From: a virus
Taxonomy: Duplodnaviria > Caudoviricetes
DNA: 53,564 nucleotides
Direction: 5' to 3' (one strand)
IMG/VR virus record: IMGVR_UViG_3300030393_000016
Coordinates: 1 to 53,564 of that record
Shown here: piece by piece, positions 37,301 through 46,600 of the stretch
Layout: every line of letters begins with the position of its first letter
How positions within the stretch are numbered: the stretch's first letter is position 1
Notes under the pieces: model-generated
Databases searched by the model: none
What the model was told of the DNA's origin: nothing
What the model saw: only the letters and a program-made list of their open reading frames with translations
Made by a program: the position numbers and the translations under genes

Positions 37301-38362
37301 ATGAAATTAAAAGCAATAGATTTGTTCAGCGGAGCAGGAGGCATGAGTGTAGGTGCTTCAATGGTTGGGATAGAAGTTGTTGTAGCTGTTGAATCTGACT
37401 CACATGCTGCTGAATCATTCAAGGCTAATCATGCAAATGCTGAAATAATTCAAAATGATATAAGAGAAATCTCTTTAGATCCAAAATACAAAGATCTTTT
37501 TATACTATTTGGAGGCCCACCTTGTCAAGGTTTTTCTATTTCTAACACAAAAACCCGAAATTCCGAAAATAAAAACAACTCATTGTTTCATGAGTTTATT
37601 AGACAAGTTGACGAGATGAACCCAAAATGGTTTGTTTTTGAAAATGTAGAGGGTATTACAACTTTTGAAAAAGGAACTATCGTTGCCAAGTTGGAAAAAA
37701 AATTCGAAAAATTAGGATATAAAACTAGTTGGAAAGTTCTCACTGCATCAGATTACGGTGTTCCGCAAAATAGAAATCGATTTTTTATGGTAGGTAACAG
37801 ATTAGGAATTGATTTTTCATTTCCTGATAAAGAAGAGGAAGTAATTACTGTAAAGGAAGCTATTAAAGATTTACCTAAACTAGAAAATGGAGCTAATCAT
37901 GATCTTCTAAATTACAAAAAAGTAAAGATTACTCCTTATATTAAACTCATGAGAGGCAATTCAAAAAAACCTTCTCAAAATTATGTTTCCAAAAATCAAC
38001 CATATGTTATCGAAAGGTATAAACATATAAAACCAGGGCAAAATTGGAAAGCTATACCAGTAGAATTAATGACTAATTACAAAAATACATCTAATTGTCA
38101 CAGTGGTATATACAAACGTCTCGATCCTAAAAAACCATCGGTGGTAATTGCAAATTACAGAAAAAACATGCTCATTCACCCCTATGAGCATAGAGGACTT
38201 TCTGTTAGAGAAGCAGCACGAATTCAAAGTTTCCCCGATAATTTCATGTTTAAAGGAAATCTATCTTTTCAACAGCAACAAATAGGTAATGCGGTTCCGC
38301 CTTTATTGGCTAAAGCAATTTTTAAACAAATTATTGAATCATATAAAACATCAAAAAAATAA
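37301..38362 (+). CDS. dcm: DNA (cytosine-5)-methyltransferase
   Basis: DLFSGAGG, GGPPCQGFS, ENV, PQNRNR, REAARIQSFP, QIGNAVPP. Confidence 0.95.
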   Translation: MKLKAIDLFSGAGGMSVGASMVGIEVVVAVESDSHAAESFKANHANAEIIQNDIREISLDPKYKDLFILFGGPPCQGFSISNTKTRNSENKNNSLFHEFIRQVDEMNPKWFVFENVEGITTFEKGTIVAKLEKKFEKLGYKTSWKVLTASDYGVPQNRNRFFMVGNRLGIDFSFPDKEEEVITVKEAIKDLPKLENGANHDLLNYKKVKITPYIKLMRGNSKKPSQNYVSKNQPYVIERYKHIKPGQNWKAIPVELMTNYKNTSNCHSGIYKRLDPKKPSVVIANYRKNMLIHPYEHRGLSVREAARIQSFPDNFMFKGNLSFQQQQIGNAVPPLLAKAIFKQIIESYKTSKK

Positions 38363-38379
38363 CCTGTTACTAAAACTTT

Positions 38380-40500
38380 ATGGCTAAAAAAGAAACAAAT
38401 TTTTTGAAATTCAATTTTGACGTAAGTGCATATAGACTTTTAGGACGTGAATTGATTACAGATCGAATCACAGCATTATTTGAATTGGTTAAAAATTCTT
38501 ATGATTCTAACGCAAATGAAGTTAATATCCAGTTTATCAATGTTAACCCTATCTCTTTAGATTCCAAAATCATTATTTCAGATGATGGTTTTGGAATGGA
38601 TTATGGTGATATTAAAAATAGATGGATGGTAATTGGAACTAGTAGTAAAAGGAGAGAAAGAAGAACTCCTCCCCCATATAATCGTTTAGTTTCTGGTAAA
38701 AAAGGAGTAGGACGTTTCGCTGTAGATAAACTTGGAGCAAAGTTAGTCCTAAAAACAAAGAAAAAAGGCACTAATAAACTTTTCTGTTTAGAAACAGATT
38801 GGATAAATTATTCTAAAATTGAAGAACAACAGTTATCCATTAATTTTGAAAAAGAAAAAGATTTTTTTACTGATATTAAAAATCGATATTGGTTAGAAGA
38901 TGCAGATATAGATCAACATGGTACTTCTCTAGAAATATCTAGGATTAATCAAGAATGGACCGAAAAAGATATAAATAGAGCTATTAAAGAATTATCTAAA
39001 CTAATTTCACCTAATAATGAGCATAAACAGTTTCCATTTCGTATTAGATTAAAAACAGATTATGAAAATTTTAAAGATACTGATGTTAAGGTACAGTTAG
39101 TAGATTTTGCGACTTTAAAATTTGAACTAGGGTATAATTCAGAATCTAAAACACAAGAAATTTTACAATTTAAAAAAGATAATTTAGAAGTAATAAATAT
39201 ACCGTATAGAGATTTTGGTCCTTTTAAAGCTACAATTTATTATTTCGATCAAACTGCAAAAGCTAAATATAGAAAACATTTTAATTCAGAAATTGATGGT
39301 ATAAAAATATATAGAGATGGTCTTATAACTACTCCATTTGCTGAATACGTAGATACTCAAAATGAACAAAAAGATATTTTAGGAATAGATAAAAGGAGAT
39401 GGTCTGGTTTTTTTGATAAGCTCGGATCTAGAGATCTTTTAGGGTTTATTGAAATTACTGATGAGTTAAACCCATTGATCGTTGAATCTACAAACAGACA
39501 GGGTTTTGTTGACAACAATGAGTTTGATCAATTAAAAAAAATTGTAATTGAACAGATTCAACAAATTGAAAAATACCTTCAAAGTCAAAAAATAAAATCT
39601 CGTGAAAAAACAAAATCAGGACTTAGTGCTGCTAGGGGGACAATAAAAGATTTAAAAGGTGATATTTCTAGAATTAAAGATAATGCCACCCCTGAAGTAA
39701 AAGGAGTTTTAGAAGAAATCGAAACAAATTTATCTAAATTACAAGGGACTGTAAATAAAAGCATTACAGATTACAATAAATTAGAAGAAGAATCAAAGCA
39801 AAAAGAAGACCTTTTTAAAAGTTTAGTCTCTTTACAAACTTTTGCAGCAATGTTTTCACATATGGCAAGACATACCATTGGTCATATATTAACTAGTGCT
39901 GAATATTTCAATAATAATTTCCCTAATCCAAATTTAGAGCATCGTTTTAAAAAAATTTCTAAAAAAATTTTCAATGAAATGATTAAACTAAAAACTGGAG
40001 TTGACTTTATGCTTAAATATGCACAGTCTAATAGCGATATGGAAGAAATTAGTATGAAAGCAGTTATAGAAAACTTGTTCTATATTATTTATGATGAAAT
40101 ACTTAGCAAAGAAAAGATTAAAACAGAAGTGATTTTAGATAAAGATTTAATAGTAACTTATAATAGAAAATCAATTGAAGATATAATCGATAATTTGATT
40201 TCAAATTCAATTAAAGCTCTTAAAAACACCAAAGACAAAAAAATAAAATGCAGTGGTATTTTGAATGATAAAAATTTTACTCTGTATTTTTCTGACAATG
40301 GTATGGGAGTAGATGAGCAAGATAAATATAGGATTTTTGATGTGTTTTTTACAACTACTCCGCATGAAGGTGGTGCTGGATTGGGCTTATATATGGTCAA
40401 AACTAGAATTGAATCAATGGGGGGAGAAATAGAGCTGATAGAAAATGAATTTAAACCAACTGGAGCTACATTTAAAATTACTATACCATTTAAAAAATAG
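38380..40500 (+). CDS. GHKL (MORC/MutL-like) ATPase + S5 fold + coiled coil + histidine kinase fusion
   Basis: ELVKNSYD, DDGFGM, GKKGVGR, HGT; then FSHMARH, NLISNSIKA, DNGMGV, FFTT, GAGLGL. Confidence 0.88.
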   Translation: MAKKETNFLKFNFDVSAYRLLGRELITDRITALFELVKNSYDSNANEVNIQFINVNPISLDSKIIISDDGFGMDYGDIKNRWMVIGTSSKRRERRTPPPYNRLVSGKKGVGRFAVDKLGAKLVLKTKKKGTNKLFCLETDWINYSKIEEQQLSINFEKEKDFFTDIKNRYWLEDADIDQHGTSLEISRINQEWTEKDINRAIKELSKLISPNNEHKQFPFRIRLKTDYENFKDTDVKVQLVDFATLKFELGYNSESKTQEILQFKKDNLEVINIPYRDFGPFKATIYYFDQTAKAKYRKHFNSEIDGIKIYRDGLITTPFAEYVDTQNEQKDILGIDKRRWSGFFDKLGSRDLLGFIEITDELNPLIVESTNRQGFVDNNEFDQLKKIVIEQIQQIEKYLQSQKIKSREKTKSGLSAARGTIKDLKGDISRIKDNATPEVKGVLEEIETNLSKLQGTVNKSITDYNKLEEESKQKEDLFKSLVSLQTFAAMFSHMARHTIGHILTSAEYFNNNFPNPNLEHRFKKISKKIFNEMIKLKTGVDFMLKYAQSNSDMEEISMKAVIENLFYIIYDEILSKEKIKTEVILDKDLIVTYNRKSIEDIIDNLISNSIKALKNTKDKKIKCSGILNDKNFTLYFSDNGMGVDEQDKYRIFDVFFTTTPHEGGAGLGLYMVKTRIESMGGEIELIENEFKPTGATFKITIPFKK

Positions 40501-40504
40501 ACTT

Positions 40505-41107
40505 ATGGAATTAACAATTGTAATAATTGACGATAGTCCTGCAATAGAAGAACATGCACTATTATATACCTTAGAAGATAATTATCGAAATGTAAAATTC
40601 TTTTTAAAACCGGAAGAAGGGTTAGATTATATTTTAAATCATCTTCATTTAAATATTATTGTCTTATTAGATATAGAATTTTCACCAACAGATAAAGAAG
40701 ATGGTCATTCCATTTTAAAAAAAATAAAAAGTAAGTCAAGCCTTGTTCCTGTTATTTTATGGAGTGCCATCAATGAAAATGAAGAGTCATTTAGTGACTT
40801 TATTAATAATCATGCATTCGGTTTTATTCATAAAGATGAAACTATAGAAAAATCAATGGTTATTATTAATAAAGCCGTTACATTCCTAGAAACAAGTCTT
40901 GATAATATCATCGAAGATTGGATTATCAGTAAAAATGAAGATAAAGACAAACCTATTTATTTAACTTCTGATGGTCAATCTTTCTCCTTAAACGATATAC
41001 TATTTGAAGTAAGAAATCAAACTGAAGTAGGGAAAGATTTTTCTAGAAAATTAAATTCTTTAACAATAGATTTATTATTAAGAAAAAAAGAGACCATCAA
41101 TGATTGA
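40505..41107 (+). CDS. Response-regulator receiver protein with a short unknown C-terminal domain
   Basis: IVIIDD, LLDIEF, ILWS, FIHK; ATG at 40505. Confidence 0.85.
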   Translation: MELTIVIIDDSPAIEEHALLYTLEDNYRNVKFFLKPEEGLDYILNHLHLNIIVLLDIEFSPTDKEDGHSILKKIKSKSSLVPVILWSAINENEESFSDFINNHAFGFIHKDETIEKSMVIINKAVTFLETSLDNIIEDWIISKNEDKDKPIYLTSDGQSFSLNDILFEVRNQTEVGKDFSRKLNSLTIDLLLRKKETIND

Positions 41108-41705
41108 TACAGTTTTAGTAATAGATGAATCTGATAATACTTTAGGTAGTTTTTTTCAATCATGTCAAAATGATTTATATGCTTTTTTTAATCTGACAGG
41201 TGTTAACCCTACCCTAATAAATAGTAATCGTTTAAATGACTTGTCAATAAAAGTCACAACCGAACCTCTTGAAAAATTTATTTTTGGAGCATATTCACAT
41301 GGAGATAAAAATTGTCTCGTAAAAGCACAATTACCTTATATATCAACAGCATTAAACAATTCTTTTTTTAAAAATTCTTTTTTTTATACTTTCTCGTGTA
41401 GCTCTGGATATGAGTTAGGAAGCAACTTAATTGAAAATGGTTGTCTCACTTTTATTGGATATAATCAGGTCATCTCAATTTGGAGCACATATATTAAGCC
41501 TTTCGTAGAATGCGCAAATTATGGATTAATTCGTTTTTACGATGGAGAAGATACTTATTCAATTGTTGAACAAATGAAGGTTAAATATACCAATGAAATA
41601 GACTCTATTTATTCGAGTGATTTTTTAATTGCTTCTATACTTAGGGAGAATAGAGATGCCTTAGTTATACATGGGGAAAATATTAATATTAATAACATAA
41701 AGTAA
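41100..41705 (+). CDS. Caspase/gingipain-fold (CHAT/C25-like) cysteine protease candidate
   Basis: FIFGAYSHG and FFYTFSCSSG His-Cys dyad, followed by TFIGY. Confidence 0.6.
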   Translation: MIDTVLVIDESDNTLGSFFQSCQNDLYAFFNLTGVNPTLINSNRLNDLSIKVTTEPLEKFIFGAYSHGDKNCLVKAQLPYISTALNNSFFKNSFFYTFSCSSGYELGSNLIENGCLTFIGYNQVISIWSTYIKPFVECANYGLIRFYDGEDTYSIVEQMKVKYTNEIDSIYSSDFLIASILRENRDALVIHGENININNIK

Positions 41706-41732
41706 TTAGTATAAAACACTAAAAAACATTAC

Positions 41733-41758
41733 TAAACCTGCATAAGCAGGTTTTTTTA
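41733..41758 (+). terminator. Intrinsic terminator closing the MTase-HK operon
   Basis: AAACCTGC-ATAA-GCAGGTTTTTTT. Confidence 0.8.
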
Positions 41759-41797
41759 TATCCGCAAATAAAAACAATATTTGCCGTGACCAAATTA

Positions 41798-41989
41798 CTA
41801 ATCTTCTAGGGTTCTCAATGTAATCGTTATTGTGTTTTTATCCCAGTCCTCTATTATTTCAGAGATTTTCCAATATAACGTATGCCATATTATTACTCTA
41901 CCTATAGGTGGAATATTAATATTTTTTTTCTCTTCTTGAAACAATAAATTAGCATTCTCATCAAAGTATTTCACTCTAGTTTTTCCCAT
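41798..41989 (-). CDS. Small hypothetical protein
   Basis: 63 aa; PPIGRVI..WKISEIIEDW. Confidence 0.55.
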   Translation of the reverse strand: MGKTRVKYFDENANLLFQEEKKNINIPPIGRVIIWHTLYWKISEIIEDWDKNTITITLRTLED

Positions 41990-42088
41990 AATTAATATAT
42001 TTTTAAGCTAATTTATTACACCAAAGCGATATTGCCTTACGGTTTACCGTAAAGACAAAGATTATATTGCATATTCTATTATCATCCC

Positions 42089-42275
42089 TATATTTGCCAT
42101 GTCCAAATTACTAGAGGTGAAAACCTTTAGACTTTTATTTTTTTACAATAATACGGCAAGCCCAATTACTATGGTGATGGAGAAGGAAACGACTCCTAAA
42201 TCTTACCTTTGGTAATTTGGACACACCTACGGTGTTGGGTGAGCTGTGTCTAAATTTTTTCGATATGTCCAAAGA
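42089..42275 (+). ncRNA. Structured leader / antisense RNA switch (P4 CI / P1 c4-like logic)
   Basis: TATATTTG promoter; segment 42205-42225 is complementary to 42100-42118, 42245-42256 and the start-codon region at 42265. Confidence 0.6.
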
Positions 42276-42351
42276 AAAAGTTACCATTCGCGATTGCATA
42301 ACGTTTCATTATCAAATCGTTAACTTCAAAAACACATCTGTTTTTCTGTAA
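42265..42351 (+). CDS. 28-aa leader peptide controlled by the RNA switch
   Basis: Hand translation MSKEKVTIRDCITFHYQIVNFKNTSVFL. Confidence 0.4.
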   Translation: MSKEKVTIRDCITFHYQIVNFKNTSVFL

Positions 42352-42362
42352 ATTAGCAGACT

Positions 42363-42770
42363 ATGGATGTGTGTACTACTGTTATTGTACGGTTCCTAGA
42401 TGGAACGGTACAAGAGCATCTTAATGTTAGCATTAAAGATGTAGCCAGGATGTATAGTACTAAACGCTATACATTGGGTAAAGAGCCTTTACTAATCAGT
42501 TGCCCTAATATCAATCAGCAACTGTATTATGATGCAGAACAATTAAAACAGTATATCCAAAACGACATTGACTTTACAGCGTTATATGATGCGCTATGGT
42601 GTGATGGATTATACAGGAATGTAATTACACTTAAGGCAGAGCAAAAAAATGAAGTAGAACCAAACTGCCTATGGTTACACCAAAAAGAAATATTATTACT
42701 GGTAGACGATGATCGCCACATAACAACCAGTTTTAATAATTCACAAGATTTTTTCACTAAAATAGCATGA
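42363..42770 (+). CDS. Hypothetical protein downstream of the RNA switch
   Basis: 135-aa ORF followed by a terminator. Confidence 0.65.
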   Translation: MDVCTTVIVRFLDGTVQEHLNVSIKDVARMYSTKRYTLGKEPLLISCPNINQQLYYDAEQLKQYIQNDIDFTALYDALWCDGLYRNVITLKAEQKNEVEPNCLWLHQKEILLLVDDDRHITTSFNNSQDFFTKIA

Positions 42771-42774
42771 TAAC

Positions 42775-42808
42775 GAAAAAGCCACTCCTTATAGAGAGTG
42801 GCTTTTTC
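42775..42808. terminator. Bidirectional terminator
   Basis: GAAAAAGCCACTC-CTTATAGA-GAGTGGCTTTTTC. Confidence 0.85.
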
Positions 42809-42831
42809 TAAATATAATAAATCCCAATTTA

Positions 42832-43470
42832 TTAGCATTCTTTTCCGCAAACTCTAGTTTTAGATAATCCTACTGAAATATGAATATCTAAACAATCTCC
42901 TACACTACTTAAACTTGTAGATAAATAAGATTGTAAAGCTCCTCCAATACAGTTTTCTGGATTATTAAAATTACTACAGCTAGCTAGTTGTTCATATCCG
43001 CTTGGGCATCTTGCTCCGTTTATTGCTGCTGACATAAACTGAAGTGATGGTGCACTATGTGGTTTATAGCTATCAGTAGCTGCATCATAATAAAACCCTT
43101 CGACTAGCTCTTGTTTGTTTTCGTCATAAAATAAAAACTCATTCACATACGCTTTTCCTCCAGATATTTTTACATTAGTTAGCATCTGTGTAGCATCTGT
43201 TCTTTCTCCTAAATCCTCCTTAGAGTCAACAATAAGATCAGCGACTGCTGCATCAACTAATTGTTGAGCTTCAGATACATTGGTATAAGAAAACAATATA
43301 ATCTGACTTCCAATATTCAGTTTTTTAAGACTTACAGGAATTTCTTTTAACGAAACCTCTTGTGTTTGCTCTCCAGAACCTGTATCTGCTTGCCCTGAAT
43401 CATTAGAACAAGAATAAAGCATTCCTGCTGCTAATAACAGTAATAGTTTAAGTTTGAAAGTAGCTTTCAT
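42832..43470 (-). CDS. Lipoprotein moron with a Cys-rich C-terminal domain
   Basis: LLLLLAAGMLYSC lipobox; six Cys in the last 60 aa; own TAAGTTTG promoter at 43506-43513. Confidence 0.7.
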   Translation of the reverse strand: MKATFKLKLLLLLAAGMLYSCSNDSGQADTGSGEQTQEVSLKEIPVSLKKLNIGSQIILFSYTNVSEAQQLVDAAVADLIVDSKEDLGERTDATQMLTNVKISGGKAYVNEFLFYDENKQELVEGFYYDAATDSYKPHSAPSLQFMSAAINGARCPSGYEQLASCSNFNNPENCIGGALQSYLSTSLSSVGDCLDIHISVGLSKTRVCGKEC

Positions 43471-43596
43471 AAAGTAATATTTAATTAATAAATTTTTAGT
43501 TAGTACAAACTTACTATTATTTCCACTCTAACCTATGTTATTATCGATAAAGTGTTCATTATTAAGGATAAAACACACATTTCCTTCTCTTTTTTT

Positions 43597-43634
43597 CATG
43601 TTACAACTTAGGTAAATGGCAATTGCCACTTTTG
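43597..43634 (+). promoter_or_regulatory. Late promoter 5 (variant)
   Basis: CATGTTACAA-N20-CACTTTTG. Confidence 0.6.
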
Positions 43635-43650
43635 GAGAAATTCCGAAAGT

Positions 43651-46600
43651 ATGGCAAAGAAAATCTCCGATGAGAAATTAAAATTAACCATTATTATTAA
43701 TGGTAATGAGGCGCAAAAAGAGCTTTTCGACCTAGAAAAATCAATGCGCGATCTTAATGGCCAACAAAAAGAACTTCGAAAAGAAAAGCAATTACTCGAG
43801 AAACAGAATAAAAAATCAACTAATAGGTATAAGGCTGTTAATAAAGCTATAAGGGAAAACAATGCTACTTTAAGAGTAAACAAGACCCGAATGAAAGAAC
43901 TGCAAGATCAAATTGGTCTTACAGGTTTAACTTTTAGTCAACTACGAAATAAAGCTAATCTATTAAGATTAAAGCTACAACACGTAATACCAGGTTCTAC
44001 AGACTATAAGCGTTATGATGCGGAATTGAAACAGATTACTGCTCGAATGGATCAGCTTAAAGGCAAGAGCCGTGCTGCTGCCTGGAGCATTGGAGGACTT
44101 GCAGATAAATTTAATCGTTTTGCTGCATTAGGTGCTACCCTAGTCGCCATGACTACTGGTGTCATACTCTCCTTGCAAAAAATGATTGACTATAATGGTA
44201 AGTTAGCAGGCGCACAGTCTAATGTACGTAAGACAGTAGGCTTGACTAAAAAGGAAGTTGATGAGCTTACAAAATCTTTCGGTATGTTACGATCACGTAC
44301 CGCCCGTATTGACTTACTTAAAATAGCAGAGGAAGGTGGTCGTATTGGTATAGTAAAAGACGAGATACAGGAATTTGTAGGGGTTATGGATAAAGCCAAT
44401 GTTGCTCTTGGTGATAGTTTTAAAGGTGGCCCTGAAGAAGTTGCCGAAAAACTAGGTAAGATTAAATTCTTATTTAAGGAAACTAAGGAAATGGGGGTTC
44501 AAGAATCATATATGGCTATTGGTAGTGCTATTAATGAGTTAGGAGCGAATGGACTGGCAAGCGAACGTAATATTGCCAACTTCACGAATAGGATAGGATC
44601 ACTTACCGATGTGTTGAAACCATCAGTATCTGAAACACTTGCATTAGGAGCTGCCTTTGAAGAATCGGGTATTGAAGCAGAGGTATCTTCCAGAGCTTAT
44701 AATATTTTCATGAAACAAGCAGCCAACCACGCTGGTAAGTTTGGTAAAGTCATGGGTAAATCACGTGAAGAAATAGAAGCATTAATAAATGCTAATCCAT
44801 TAGAGTTTATGCTACAATTTTCTGAAGGTTTACGAGGTATGAACGCTACTAATGTTGCCAAGACATTAAAATATCTAGGGCTTAATGCTGATGGTGCCAA
44901 TAAAGCCATTGGAGCAATGGGGAATAATACTGATCGATTTAGAGAGCTACTTATACTATCTAATGAAGCGTTTGAAGAAGGAACTTCATTAATCGATGAG
45001 TACAACATTAAAAACAATGACCTGGAGGCAACACTCTCTAAAATTAAAAAGACAGTTACTGGTTGGTTCTCTAGCGAGGGATTAGTGGCATGGCTTGCAG
45101 CTGCTGCAGAATGGTTTGCAAAGTTTATAGGAGCTACAGATGATGCTGATGGATCGGGTAAAAAATGGCGCGATACATTAGCATTTACAGCTAAGGCACT
45201 TGCCGTAGTTATTGCTGCAATGGTTACAAGTACTGCTTGGATGAAACTAATGTTATTATGGCAAACACGTAATACACAAGCAGGTTTGCTTTATAATCTC
45301 GGATTAAAAACAAAAGCTGCTTTAGAGGCTATAGCCGTTGTTAGAACAAGAGCAATGGTGTTAGCGCAAAACCTACTTAATTTAAATATTAGAGGATCTA
45401 TACAGGCTTTTAAGGCACTTAGCGCTGCTATGATGACTACTCCTTTTGGTTTAATTCTAGGTATAATAGCAGCTGTTACTACAGCTTATATCGCTTTCAG
45501 GGATAGTGCAAATGAAGCTGCAGCTGCAGTAAAAACAATTAGTGCTACTGCAGATGTTCAAAATGAGCACATGAAAGCACTTAGTAAAACCACTACAGAG
45601 CTAAAAAGCAAGATAGAGCCATTGATAAAAATACTGAAAGATGAAAGTGCCTCACTTGCAATACGAAAAATAGCCTATGAAAATTTAATAAAAATAAGCC
45701 CTGATTTTATTGATACCGTTGATAAGGAGTTTAAGGCGACGAATAAACTTACCGAAGCCTATGATGCCTTGATAAAAAAACTAGACCAAGCTGCACTGGC
45801 TAAAGCTAGAGAGAAAGTAAGGAAGGACAGATCTAATGCTGTAGCGGATGCTGAAGCTGCTGAATTTGATGCGAAATTAAAAGCAGATGCTGAAGCTGCT
45901 GAAAATGAAAGAAAGAGAAAGTCTAATGAAAAAGAAGCTGCTAAGGCATTAGAACGAATGCGTACAAGCACGAGTGAATATGCAGGGTATCATGCTCGAC
46001 AAGAAAACTACAGTTATGAAGCTCAGGAAGCCTATGAAAAGGCTAAAAAAGAGCATGCTGAAGCACGTAAAGCTCTGCAGAATTTCTCCGATTATCAATC
46101 TGAAACGATAGCCAAACTACAGGAGGAGCTTAAAAAACATAAAGAAGGGTCTAAAGAAGCATTACGCATACAAGCAGAAATTGATGCATTACTAGGTAAC
46201 ATAGGAAGCTCTACAACTCCTAATGGAAACTCAGGATATACAGTTGTAGAGGAAGGTGCTGAAAAAGCAACTCAAAAATCACATGATAAACGAATGAAAG
46301 CTCTTGAAAAATTTCAGGCTGAAATTTTAGGTTTATCTCGAAAAAGTATAGATGCGCGCCTTGCTTTAATGGAGGAAGGTATTGATAAAGAAGAAGCTAT
46401 CGAAATAGAAAGCCATCGTCGTAAGGTAGAAGGTCTTAAAAAGCAATTAATTGCTCAAGATGATATTCGTAATGCAGATAAAAAAATAAGCGATCCTAAA
46501 TCATCAGAACAAGATGTTGCCTACTGGACGAAACAGAAAGAGGTTTGGTTAGAAAAAAATAAACATATTTATGAGCTTCTTGAGCTGCAGTTATATACTC

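Noticed and set aside
37301-41705. Ordinary type II R-M system or sensory two-component system
   Set aside because: No PD-(D/E)xK, HNH or PLD nuclease motif; the kinase has a GHKL/S5 module rather than a sensor or TM domain, and the regulator lacks an HTH.
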